The position numbers and the translations under genes are program-made. This document shows positions 49,138 to 58,271 of a stretch of DNA of 64,000 bases, one piece after another. The stretch is taken from contig OY970166.1 of the NCBI GenBank assembly GCA_963706595.1, positions 4,544,001-4,608,000 of the forward strand, read 5' to 3'. The stretch is from an uncultured cyanobacterium (GTDB lineage Bacteria > Cyanobacteriota > Cyanobacteriia > Cyanobacteriales > Nostocaceae). Position 1 is the first letter of the stretch, and the number at the start of each line of letters is the position of its first letter. The notes below the pieces were generated by a model. It was given only the letters and a program-made list of their open reading frames with translations. It made no database searches and was not told the DNA's origin.

Positions 49138-50421
49138 TTAAAAATCATCATTATAATTTCTCACAGTTTTAGGGTCAGGAGCAAAAGCCAACCATAAAGG
49201 AAATTGCAGCATTGCTAAACTAATTTGCTCGAAGGAATCATCAATGATAATGAAAGGTAATTGATTAGCCTTCACCAACCGGTCAGCTTTTTGAGCCAAA
49301 GCTTCAGGCGTTTCAAACAAAGCCACACCTCTATCCGGTCCAAAATCAGGGCGAGTAATTCCCAAGCAGTCTTGCAAACCGCGCCGCCATTCACCTAAAC
49401 GTTCTGGTGTATTAGCTAAAACCAGAATGCGGATGCGATCGCCATACAATCTGTGTAATATCGAAGCCACAGCCGAAGCAATGAGAATATTCTGCAAGCG
49501 GCTACCCATACTCCGCAAAGCACCCCGTCCTCCTTGGCTGAAGAACCAATCAGACACTCGTTCTGCGTGGACAGGTTCAAAAGTCCGGCGCAGTTGCCAA
49601 GGCGGTCCATAATAATCTGGTTTGCTGCGATATTGGTCAATCAGACGGCGAATTTTATTGGTAGTATCTTGAAACTGTTGTTGGGCAAATTGCGGTGTTC
49701 CCGGCTGTTCTGCGGCTGCTTTCACCTCTTGGACAACAGGTTTAGCTCGTTCTGCTACCACTGGTGGTGTCAGTTGCAATTGCTCTGCTGACATAGCCAA
49801 ATCCTGTAAACTACCAGTGAGATAGTCTTTAAAGCCCTGCACCCGAATAGCTAAATCTTGGGATGTTCCCGCAAAAGTAGTTCGCATCTCATTCCGAATG
49901 CGTTCTTGGCGGCGTTCTAGCTGTTCTACAGAAATTTGCAGTGCTTGTTTGCGTTGTTCTAACTGCACTAGGGACTCTTGTACAAGTCTTCCTAGAGAGG
50001 TTTGAGTTTCACTTAATTGTTCCTGAAGCGTTTTGTAAGACACTTCTAAACTGTTTATTTCTGCCTTCAGCGCTACTTCTGTGCGTTGTAACTCGGCGAC
50101 TCTGGCCTCAGCTTCGGCGTATAGTAAATTATCTTGTGACTCTGATTTTACCTCTGACTCCATTACCGGAGTTTCTGCTTCTAACTCCACTGCAAATTCA
50201 ACAGTTGACTCTTTTGTAGACTCCATCACAAAATCTACCACTTCTGTATTAGAAAGAATTGGCTGAATATCTGGGTTATTTTCGGGTATATCAGGCGCTT
50301 CTGCTTCCAGGACTGACTCTACAGATGAATTTTCCAGCTTTTCCAGCCTGGGGTTGTCTACTTCTATTTGTTCCAACCACTCATCAATCTGTTCTGGGGT
50401 TTGAGATTCCTCTGGGTTCAT
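49138..50421 (-). CDS. DUF3086 family protein
   Basis: Acidic N-terminus, coiled coil, PDYYGPPWQLRRTF; located upstream of plsY. Confidence 0.8.
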   Translation of the reverse strand: MNPEESQTPEQIDEWLEQIEVDNPRLEKLENSSVESVLEAEAPDIPENNPDIQPILSNTEVVDFVMESTKESTVEFAVELEAETPVMESEVKSESQDNLLYAEAEARVAELQRTEVALKAEINSLEVSYKTLQEQLSETQTSLGRLVQESLVQLEQRKQALQISVEQLERRQERIRNEMRTTFAGTSQDLAIRVQGFKDYLTGSLQDLAMSAEQLQLTPPVVAERAKPVVQEVKAAAEQPGTPQFAQQQFQDTTNKIRRLIDQYRSKPDYYGPPWQLRRTFEPVHAERVSDWFFSQGGRGALRSMGSRLQNILIASAVASILHRLYGDRIRILVLANTPERLGEWRRGLQDCLGITRPDFGPDRGVALFETPEALAQKADRLVKANQLPFIIIDDSFEQISLAMLQFPLWLAFAPDPKTVRNYNDDF

Positions 50422-50528
50422 AAACAATAATGCAATTCCTATGATGCAAATAAATAACTTTCACAAAATATAGTCTAAATTCAAAACCACTCAGTCAAGG
50501 CTTGTGCTAACAGAACTTCAAACCACAC

Positions 50529-50942
50529 TCATATACGTGGACAACGTTCTTCTAAGCAAGATTTCAGGGTTTTGGGGTCAAACAAAATCGGTAAAAAGTG
50601 AATGCTGTTAACTTCCTTAAAATAAAACAAGATGGGAATTCCATTCCAGAAGACACGCCAATTTTGCCATTGTTGGTAGGGAAAGCGCCGCAGTAGTTTT
50701 TCGCCTCGGTAAATATCTAAGTCTGTAGCGGTAAAGTGTAACCGTATTGTTCGAGTTTGAATTAAAAGAAATAAACCCAACAATCCGATGACTACTCCTA
50801 CCCAAAGCTGCACTACCAGTAATGGCACAGCAGCAACTAGCAACACAATAGGGATATTGTAGCTAGGCTTGAGTTCCACAGTTAATGTTGAAGGCGCAAA
50901 TGAACTTGTCACAATTTGCAATCCTGTTTTCTTACTAGACAT
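50529..50942 (-). CDS. DUF3119 family protein
   Basis: YFKEVNSIHFLPILFD; two TM helices. Confidence 0.8.
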   Translation of the reverse strand: MSSKKTGLQIVTSSFAPSTLTVELKPSYNIPIVLLVAAVPLLVVQLWVGVVIGLLGLFLLIQTRTIRLHFTATDLDIYRGEKLLRRFPYQQWQNWRVFWNGIPILFYFKEVNSIHFLPILFDPKTLKSCLEERCPRI

Positions 50943-51060
50943 CTATCCTATTTTACGAGTTCGGGGTTCCTAGTAGAAAACTGCCTACTCTCAACTCCCT
51001 ACTCCCTACTCCCTACTCCCTACTCCCTACTCCCTACTCCCTACTCCCCACTCCCCAGTT

Positions 51061-51858
51061 TTAAAACCCTTGCAACAATGCACCACCAGTTCCCTGAAAC
51101 ATTAACCATGAAAGAAAGAAATTGCTAGTAAATATAATCAGCAAGGAAGTAACAACAGCCGTTGTGGTTGATTGTCCCACGCCTTTAGCTCCACCCTTCG
51201 TAGTTAAACCCCAACTGCAACCAATGACGGCGATTAGCAAGCCAAAGCAGCACGCCTTAATTAAAGCGCTGATAATATCCCAAATGCCGACAAGGTTACG
51301 AGCTGAGTCTAGAAATACGGTATCGGCAATACCATAGATATTCGTCGCAATCACTAATCCCCCTAAAATCCCTGTGATTAAAGACAAAAGGGTTAAAATC
51401 GGCAGCATTAAGCAGCAAGCAAGCACGCGAGGGATAACGAGGTAATCAATGGGATCAGTTTTTAAGATAAATAAAGCATCGATTTGCTCCGTTACCCGCA
51501 TAGTACCTATTTCGGCTGCAAAGGCAGAACCAACTCTTCCCGCCAAAACCACTGCGGTTAGCACGGGTGACAGTTCTCGTGTCAATGCTACCGCCAGGAC
51601 TCCGCCCACGAGATTAGAAGCGCCAAAGTTAATAAACTCCCGTGCTACCTGAATGGTAAACACTGCGCCGACAAACACAGCCGTTAACAAGGCAATAAAT
51701 AAGGAATCTGGCCAAACAACTGCCATTTGCTCTAAAGTGTTGCGCCAATTAATTTTTCCCCTCAAAAGGTGAACTATTACTTGTCCACCCAGGAAAATCG
51801 CCGCCAGCAGTCGCTGACTCCATGCTCCTAAACTGGATTTGGATTTGGTCTCACTCAA
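51061..51858 (-). CDS. mlaE: MlaE/TGD1 lipid ABC transporter permease
   Basis: RELSPVLT, GRVGSAFAAEIGTMRVTEQIDAL, GGAKGVG. Confidence 0.93.
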   Translation of the reverse strand: MSETKSKSSLGAWSQRLLAAIFLGGQVIVHLLRGKINWRNTLEQMAVVWPDSLFIALLTAVFVGAVFTIQVAREFINFGASNLVGGVLAVALTRELSPVLTAVVLAGRVGSAFAAEIGTMRVTEQIDALFILKTDPIDYLVIPRVLACCLMLPILTLLSLITGILGGLVIATNIYGIADTVFLDSARNLVGIWDIISALIKACCFGLLIAVIGCSWGLTTKGGAKGVGQSTTTAVVTSLLIIFTSNFFLSWLMFQGTGGALLQGF

Positions 51859-52296
51859 TGTTTTGTAGCTAACACAGTAACTGCATTAAGAATAGCGGAT
51901 GTCGGTTGCTTTTGGTCATTGGTCAATCAATTTTAGATTTTAGATTTTGGATGAGACTGCAATCTAAAATCCCAAATTCTTGACTCCCTGCTTCCAACTC
52001 TACGGGGTGAAACGTTAACTTAACTTAAAGCTCGTCTCAGAAAGTAAAGTTGCGTAACTTCTGTTTTGATCGCATTCTTACGAAATAATATCGAGCAAAA
52101 GCTTTGCTGTATATGGGTTTAAGTTAAGTTAAACCTTTTTAATTCTCAAATTATCTGATTTAATAAGGGGCTGTTTCTTTTAATGGAAACTTAAGATTTT
52201 TGACATATCCTCTGTTGAGGAGCGATCGCACGTATTCTGGAAGATGACATCTCAGTTTTCAGCGATTATTCACTTTATCAACGGAGCTTGCTGTAA

Positions 52297-52593
52297 ATGT
52301 CTGTTTTCACCAACTTTCTCCGCTCCCTACTGTTGACTATATTTTTTAGCTTTATTGCTCCCATGTCCTTGGTCGGTGGCTTATTATTCTTTTTGCCCCT
52401 CATCGGTCACTTTCGGGCTTTACAAGGAACAACTGAGGCCAGCGCGACTCGGATCATACATTTTCTCGCTGTCTTTGGCAGTGGTCATCCCCTTCATGGA
52501 CTTGTAATCATTAGTTTGACTTGTAGTTTCGTCGGGGCCCTGTTTGACACTTATGCTTATTACCGCTATCAAATTTTACGCATCGACTCTTAA
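52297..52593 (+). CDS. Small membrane protein
   Basis: 98 aa; two hydrophobic segments; CSFVGALFDTY. Confidence 0.75.
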   Translation: MSVFTNFLRSLLLTIFFSFIAPMSLVGGLLFFLPLIGHFRALQGTTEASATRIIHFLAVFGSGHPLHGLVIISLTCSFVGALFDTYAYYRYQILRIDS

Positions 52594-52907
52594 ATGATCA
52601 GAACACTGGTTTGGGTGTTCACAGACAAATCAAAAAACTACAATCTGTAACCTCGATAGGTACTACTATTGCTAGGCTGATCTCATTAACTTGTTTTAAT
52701 AAATATTAATTAAATTATCAATAGTTACTAAATAATAACATACTATGGTATTGCAGAGTAACTACAGTATTAATCAAAATTGTAACTTTATATTTCAATA
52801 AATATACGCAGGAAATCTAAAAAGATAATTAAGATTTTCCATAGGCTCATGGCGCTGAGTTTTTTTGCACAGAGGAAAGTACGACGTTTAAGCGCTGGGC
52901 AATTTAT

Positions 52908-54321
52908 CAAATAATTGGGTTGAAAACCCCGTGCTTGCAGCACGGCTTTAATTTACTAGAGAAAGTAGTGCTAGTAAATATGTGGTATAAGAGTGAAATG
53001 CTAACCATGAATTACCGCTATCGAATCTACCCCACTATCACCCAAGAACAGACACTTCTTGAGTGGATGGATATTTGTCGCGTTGCCTACAATTATGGGT
53101 TGCGAGAAATTAAGGACTGGTGCAATAGTCGTAAGTGCATGGTTGACAGATGTTCGATTAGTCATGAATATATCATAGCTGCGGACGTTCCTTTCCCTAG
53201 CGAAGTGCGCCAGCTTAATGCTTTGCCAAAAGCTAAAAAAGTATTTACCCGATTAAGCGAAGTACCAAGTCAGGTTTTGCAGCAAGCACTCAAACAATTG
53301 CAGCGAGCATGGGAGGGATTTGTGAAAGTTGGGCATGGGTTTCCCAGATTTAAAAAGTTTGGGCAGTTCAAATCTTTGCTGTTCCCTCAGTTTAAACAGA
53401 ACCCAGTGCAAGGAGTACATATTGCACTGCCTAAACTGGGGTTGATTCGAGTCAACTTGCATCGCCCAGTTCCAAGTGGATTTGTGGTTAAGCAAGTTCG
53501 GATAATTAACAAAGCTAATGTTTGGTACGCTTCTATCAACATTCAATGTGATGTTAATGTTCCCAGTCCAATGCCGCATGGTCATCCCATTGGGGTAGAT
53601 GTAGGACTGAAAAAGTTTTTAGCAACCAGTGATGGTGTTCTCGTAAAATCGCCCAAGTTCCTGAAAGTGATGCAAAGCCAGCTGAAATTGCTGCAACGCA
53701 GGCTTTCTCGGAAAAAGAAGCGCTCTAAAAATTACGAGAAACAACGCATCAAGGTTGCTAGACTTCACCACAGGATTGATAACACCCGCAAAGATTACCA
53801 TTTCAAACAAGCTCATGCTCTTTGTGATGCTGGTGATATGCTCTTCATGGAAGACTTGGATTACCGGACTTTGGCCAAAGGAATGCTTGGGTTACAGATG
53901 CTTGACGCTGGGTTTGGACAATTCCGAACCATCACCAAGTACGTGTGTTGGAAACGGGGTAAATTCTTTGCTGAAGTTAGCGCTAGGGGAACTTCTATCG
54001 AGTGTCCTGAATGTGGTGCAGAAGTTAGAAAAGACTTGAGCGTTAGAGTGCATCATTGTCCTAGTTGCAATTACACGACTGATAGAGATGTTGCTAGTGG
54101 TCAAGTCATTAGAAACAGAGGAATTAAATTAATTAGTACCGATGGGCAGTCGGGAATCCAAAACGCCTATGCAGACGGTTTGCCGGGGATTGAAGAAACT
54201 CAGTCTAGGTCAAAGTCGAAAACCCGTGAGACTCGCCTTGAGCGCAGTCGAAAGGAAACAACTAGGAAATCCAAGAAGTGATTCTTAGAAACTCCTTACC
54301 TTTAGGTCGGAGTCATGTCAC
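52908..54321 (+). mobile_element. IS200/IS605-family solo-tnpB element
   Basis: Left-end hairpin CCGTGCTTGCAGCACGG after TTTAT; right-end hairpin ACTCC...GGAGT followed by TCAC; no tnpA; exact ends inferred. Confidence 0.75.
52998..54281 (+). CDS. tnpB: RNA-guided endonuclease TnpB
   Basis: YRYRIYP start, GFPRFK, RuvC IGVDVG / MEDL / DRDVA intact, CPECG..CPSC Zn finger. Confidence 0.93.
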   Translation: MLTMNYRYRIYPTITQEQTLLEWMDICRVAYNYGLREIKDWCNSRKCMVDRCSISHEYIIAADVPFPSEVRQLNALPKAKKVFTRLSEVPSQVLQQALKQLQRAWEGFVKVGHGFPRFKKFGQFKSLLFPQFKQNPVQGVHIALPKLGLIRVNLHRPVPSGFVVKQVRIINKANVWYASINIQCDVNVPSPMPHGHPIGVDVGLKKFLATSDGVLVKSPKFLKVMQSQLKLLQRRLSRKKKRSKNYEKQRIKVARLHHRIDNTRKDYHFKQAHALCDAGDMLFMEDLDYRTLAKGMLGLQMLDAGFGQFRTITKYVCWKRGKFFAEVSARGTSIECPECGAEVRKDLSVRVHHCPSCNYTTDRDVASGQVIRNRGIKLISTDGQSGIQNAYADGLPGIEETQSRSKSKTRETRLERSRKETTRKSKK

Positions 54322-54354
54322 ATTGAGTGTATTACAGAGGTTTTTTAACTGCTC

Positions 54355-55176
54355 ATGGTCTGGCCTTTCAAGTCCAAGTTTCGCAAACAAATTGCCCGGA
54401 TAGAAATTACTGGTGCGATCGCAGGTTCTACTCGCAAGCGCGTATTAGAAGCCCTAAAAACCGTAGAAGAGAGAAAGTTTCCCGCTTTACTCCTACGCAT
54501 CGATAGTCCTGGGGGTACAGTTGGAGATTCACAAGAAATCTACAGCGCCCTGAAAAGGTTACGCAAGAAAATTAAAATTGTCGCCAGCTTTGGTAACATT
54601 TCGGCTTCTGGCGGTGTCTACATTGGCATGGGAGCCGAACACATCATGGCTAACCCTGGTACAATCACCGGGAGTATTGGCGTAATTTTACGAGGAAACA
54701 ACTTAGAACGCTTGCTGGAAAAAGTCGGTGTTTCCTTCAAAGTGATCAAATCTGGCCCTTACAAAGACATTTTGTCCTTTGACCGCCAACTTACTGCACC
54801 AGAAGAAACCATCTTGCAAGAGTTGATTGACATCAGTTATCAGCAGTTTGTCCACACAATCGCTGAGGCGCGTTCCTTGGAAGTAGAAACTGTCAAAAGT
54901 TTCGCTGATGGTCGAATTTTTACCGGAGAACAAGCTTTAGAATTAGGCGTTATAGACCGTCTGGGAACTGAAGAAGATGCGCGTTGCTGGACAGCAGAAA
55001 TGGTGGGTCTTGATCCTGACAAAGCGCCCTGTTATACCCTAGAAGAACGAAAACCTTTATTGAGTCGCGTTCTACCCGGAAGCCGTCAGGTTTCATCAGG
55101 GCTGGGGGCGGGAATTAATTGGTTGGAGTTTGAAATGTCTACCAGTGGTCTGCCACTGTGGTTATATCGACCATAA
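54355..55176 (+). CDS. sppA: Signal peptide peptidase SppA (short form)
   Basis: IDSPGG, SASGG, TGSIGV, KSGPYKD, DGRIFTG. Confidence 0.93.
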   Translation: MVWPFKSKFRKQIARIEITGAIAGSTRKRVLEALKTVEERKFPALLLRIDSPGGTVGDSQEIYSALKRLRKKIKIVASFGNISASGGVYIGMGAEHIMANPGTITGSIGVILRGNNLERLLEKVGVSFKVIKSGPYKDILSFDRQLTAPEETILQELIDISYQQFVHTIAEARSLEVETVKSFADGRIFTGEQALELGVIDRLGTEEDARCWTAEMVGLDPDKAPCYTLEERKPLLSRVLPGSRQVSSGLGAGINWLEFEMSTSGLPLWLYRP

Positions 55177-55264
55177 AAAATTCACACTCATTGGTCAATA
55201 GTCTTTGATTAATGACCAATGACTGATGACTCATAACTGATGATTAATTAAGGAGGATTTTGGC

Positions 55265-55678
55265 GTGGAGTGGAAAATGCGGGCGATTCGTGGAGCAACA
55301 ACCGTTTCCGAAAACACCATTGAAGCGATTACAGAAGCGGTTACAGAACTCATAGATGAACTAGAACAACGAAATCAACTCCAGCCAGAGGAGATGATTA
55401 GTGTAACTTTCTCAGTGACACGGGATTTGGATGCGATTTTTCCGGCGGCGATCGCGCGATCGCGTTCTGGATGGGATAATGTGGCTATGTTGGATGTACA
55501 GCAAATGCACGTCGAAGGTAGCTTACAGCGTTGCATTCGGTTTCTCATTCACGCTCACCTCCCAGCTTCTACACCAATTAATCATATTTATTTGCGCCAA
55601 GCTGCTAAGTTACGTCCAGACTGGAGTTTATCTCAGCCGTTACAACCATCACAGCACGTAGTTAAGTCAAAAGTTTAA
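55265..55678 (+). CDS. aroH: Chorismate mutase, AroH type
   Basis: RAIRGATT, DLDAIFPA, CIR, LRPD. Confidence 0.93.
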   Translation: MEWKMRAIRGATTVSENTIEAITEAVTELIDELEQRNQLQPEEMISVTFSVTRDLDAIFPAAIARSRSGWDNVAMLDVQQMHVEGSLQRCIRFLIHAHLPASTPINHIYLRQAAKLRPDWSLSQPLQPSQHVVKSKV

Positions 55679-55715
55679 AATACGGCTGTAAATTATATGT
55701 AAAAATTAGCACGAA

Positions 55716-56000
55716 ATGAGCTATTACCGTGGTGATGCGGCTCAACATACTGCCATTGGCGGGAGAATGTTTACTGAGCGGGGAACTGGTGTTTGCGTGA
55801 AGTTAGAGGATTTTTTGAGCATTCTCTCCAAAATGGAGCAGCCACTAGTAATTTTCACGAGTGAAGGCTATTTCACCAAAATCTACAAGTATGTCACAGC
55901 ATACAAAGGTTTTGTGTTTTTTGCCGAATCTTTAGACAAATTGGATTTTGGTAGCAATATTGAGGTGATTTACGCTCAAAATCTCTGCACTGATATTTGA
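55716..56000 (+). CDS. Hypothetical protein
   Basis: 94-aa ORF, co-directional with aroH. Confidence 0.6.
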   Translation: MSYYRGDAAQHTAIGGRMFTERGTGVCVKLEDFLSILSKMEQPLVIFTSEGYFTKIYKYVTAYKGFVFFAESLDKLDFGSNIEVIYAQNLCTDI

Positions 56001-56115
56001 ACTAAACCAGAGTGCATCAACCTCTCGTCTATTTGGCTGTGTATAAAGTAGGAAATACCAGCAATGCAACAGTCAGGTAGTGGCACAATTCATTATCTGG
56101 CTGTCGCTATCTTTT

Positions 56116-56487
56116 TCACTCTTGAGTCCCTGAAGCTACTTTTAGGTTATTCGTTTGATTTGATTTAAGTTCATCGATATTTTCTGTTTGGATGAATTCA
56201 TCAAATAGTTGAAAAAAAACATCTAAAGCAGCTGGTTCATAACAGCAAGCTTTTTCATATAAAATCATGACATCCCAAGTCAGATTATCACTCACATCAA
56301 ATTTATGCTTAATCCAGGATTGAAACTGGGAAAAATGCTTTTCTTGTGAGGTTTGCGGGATTCCCATCTGGCGACGGGCAAAGCAATAACCTGCTAAAAA
56401 AGTGCGGAGGTTCGAGATGGAAGGTTCTCCCAAATACATGGCAGGACGTTTCCGAATATTGCTGATTAGTTCATACAAATCAAACAT
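56116..56487 (-). CDS. Hypothetical protein, candidate immunity/partner of the upstream toxin domain
   Basis: IRKRPAMYLG..SI..L..FL.GY pattern; GGAG RBS 14 bp after the toxin stop. Confidence 0.65.
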   Translation of the reverse strand: MFDLYELISNIRKRPAMYLGEPSISNLRTFLAGYCFARRQMGIPQTSQEKHFSQFQSWIKHKFDVSDNLTWDVMILYEKACCYEPAALDVFFQLFDEFIQTENIDELKSNQTNNLKVASGTQE

Positions 56488-56500
56488 TTTTCTCTCCTGC

Positions 56501-56899
56501 TTAAAATTCGGTTTCGGTGATTTGGAAATTGCCACCTAAATCTTGGACAGGGCAGTAAAGGTTATTTATCCAGTCTACTCTGGAAATTCCTTCGGGGTGG
56601 ATGTTGTCAAAGATGAGTTCCTGTCCATCAATTTCTACAGCGATCGCTTCATGTCTTCCGTTGATAGGGATGTTTTGTTGGAGGCGTTCATGATAAATGT
56701 TACAGAAGGGATCTTCTGTAGTCCCTGTAGATAGGCTAATCTGTTTACCGGAAACTTTTTGATCTATGAGGAATTGCCGCAGGGCGATCGCACAGGAAAC
56801 ACATTCAAAAATTTGAAATTTTTCCGCGATCGCACTCAGTTGACTGTGAACTTTCCCATTGGTAATTTTTTTGTTAGGTAGCTTTCCTGTATCTGCCAT
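56501..56899 (-). CDS. Papain-fold toxin domain protein (Tox-PL-2-like)
   Basis: ECVSCA (Cys), NGRHEAI (His), IFDNIHPEG (Asp) triad pattern. Confidence 0.75.
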   Translation of the reverse strand: MADTGKLPNKKITNGKVHSQLSAIAEKFQIFECVSCAIALRQFLIDQKVSGKQISLSTGTTEDPFCNIYHERLQQNIPINGRHEAIAVEIDGQELIFDNIHPEGISRVDWINNLYCPVQDLGGNFQITETEF

Positions 56900-56949
56900 G
56901 ATTAGACGATACGATACATAGAATAAGCTACCCTAACGCCACTGTGGAA

Positions 56950-57840
56950 CTATTCGTGATGACGATTAAATCTAATTCCTACAAAGATGTCATACACAAA
57001 TTCAAAAAAGTCTTTTTTCTGTAATAACCCCGATGTCTGAGGACTACCCTTTTCATCCAATAACGGCTTCATGGCGTAATAAGCAGGTTGGTAGTTATAC
57101 CAGGGAATAGAAGGCCATAAATGATGGATGAGGTGGTAATTCTGTCCCAAAATCAGGATATTGAGCAGTTTACCAGGATAAACACGGGCATTTTTCCAGC
57201 GATCGCGCTCCGCAAACGGACGATGTGGTAAATAATCAAAAAATAATCCTAATGCTATCCCCACCAAAAACGCCGGGATAAACCAAAAATTGAGAATGTA
57301 ACCTAAAAAGTGATACTGAATAGAGATATAAAAAATCGTCACAACAATTAAGCGGCTGACGAACCATTCTAATAGTTCATACTTACGCCACAGTCGCCGT
57401 TGAAAGAAAAACACCTCATGGTACAAAAAACGCACCGCAATCAACCACAACGGACCTCCTGTAGAGACGTAATGATCTGGGTCGTTTTTGGGATCATTGA
57501 CGTGGGAGTGATGCTGTAAATGCACCCGTGTAAATACGGGAAAAGCAAAAGCTAATATCAAAGCGCTACCATGCCCTAACATGGCATTAATCACGCGGTT
57601 GCGATGGGCTGATTGGTGACAAGCATCATGAATCACAGTGCCAGCACAATGTAAAGCCAGAGTATTAATGGTAAAACACAACCAGTCTGGCCATTGCCAT
57701 AGCCAGTAACCGCAGTTAGATAACACCAACATTGTTACCGTGGATAAAAACAGCAACAGTGTCGGATTAAAATCACCAGGAGGCGCTAAAAATTCCTTGG
57801 GCGGGATTTTCAGTGACTTCTGTGCCTCCAATGTGAGCAT
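56950..57840 (-). CDS. crtR: Beta-carotene hydroxylase
   Basis: His boxes HDACH, HLQHH, HLIHH; FFDYLPHRPF. Confidence 0.9.
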   Translation of the reverse strand: MLTLEAQKSLKIPPKEFLAPPGDFNPTLLLFLSTVTMLVLSNCGYWLWQWPDWLCFTINTLALHCAGTVIHDACHQSAHRNRVINAMLGHGSALILAFAFPVFTRVHLQHHSHVNDPKNDPDHYVSTGGPLWLIAVRFLYHEVFFFQRRLWRKYELLEWFVSRLIVVTIFYISIQYHFLGYILNFWFIPAFLVGIALGLFFDYLPHRPFAERDRWKNARVYPGKLLNILILGQNYHLIHHLWPSIPWYNYQPAYYAMKPLLDEKGSPQTSGLLQKKDFFEFVYDIFVGIRFNRHHE

Positions 57841-58271
57841 TTGTAACTCCTTCCTTGATCAATCATTACAAATATACGATAAAGATGAGCGGATTATAAA
57901 CTTTTGTAAGCTTTTATTTAGCAATATTTAACTTTATCTTTGCGGAAGAGTAGATGAATAGCGCTATGATTCCAGACGTGAGATAAGTTTTTGCTGATCA
58001 GTAGGATGTGCTAGGCAAGCATCAAAGAGTAGATTTCCAAACCTCTCTTACGCAGGATGTAACCAAGTTTGGTGTACGATATCTACTCTATCTCACAACT
58101 ATTGGGAAATGTTAACCAGGGGAAAATAAGTAATTGCTGCTCAAAGTTACTCTCACACCCCGATTCATCCTCTGCCTCTGTTGGTTATGGATATAGCAGT
58201 GACTGAAAACGAAACGCCCCTTAACTTACTATGAATCTCTAGATAGAGATAGCCCCCTAGAATCAGCCCCT

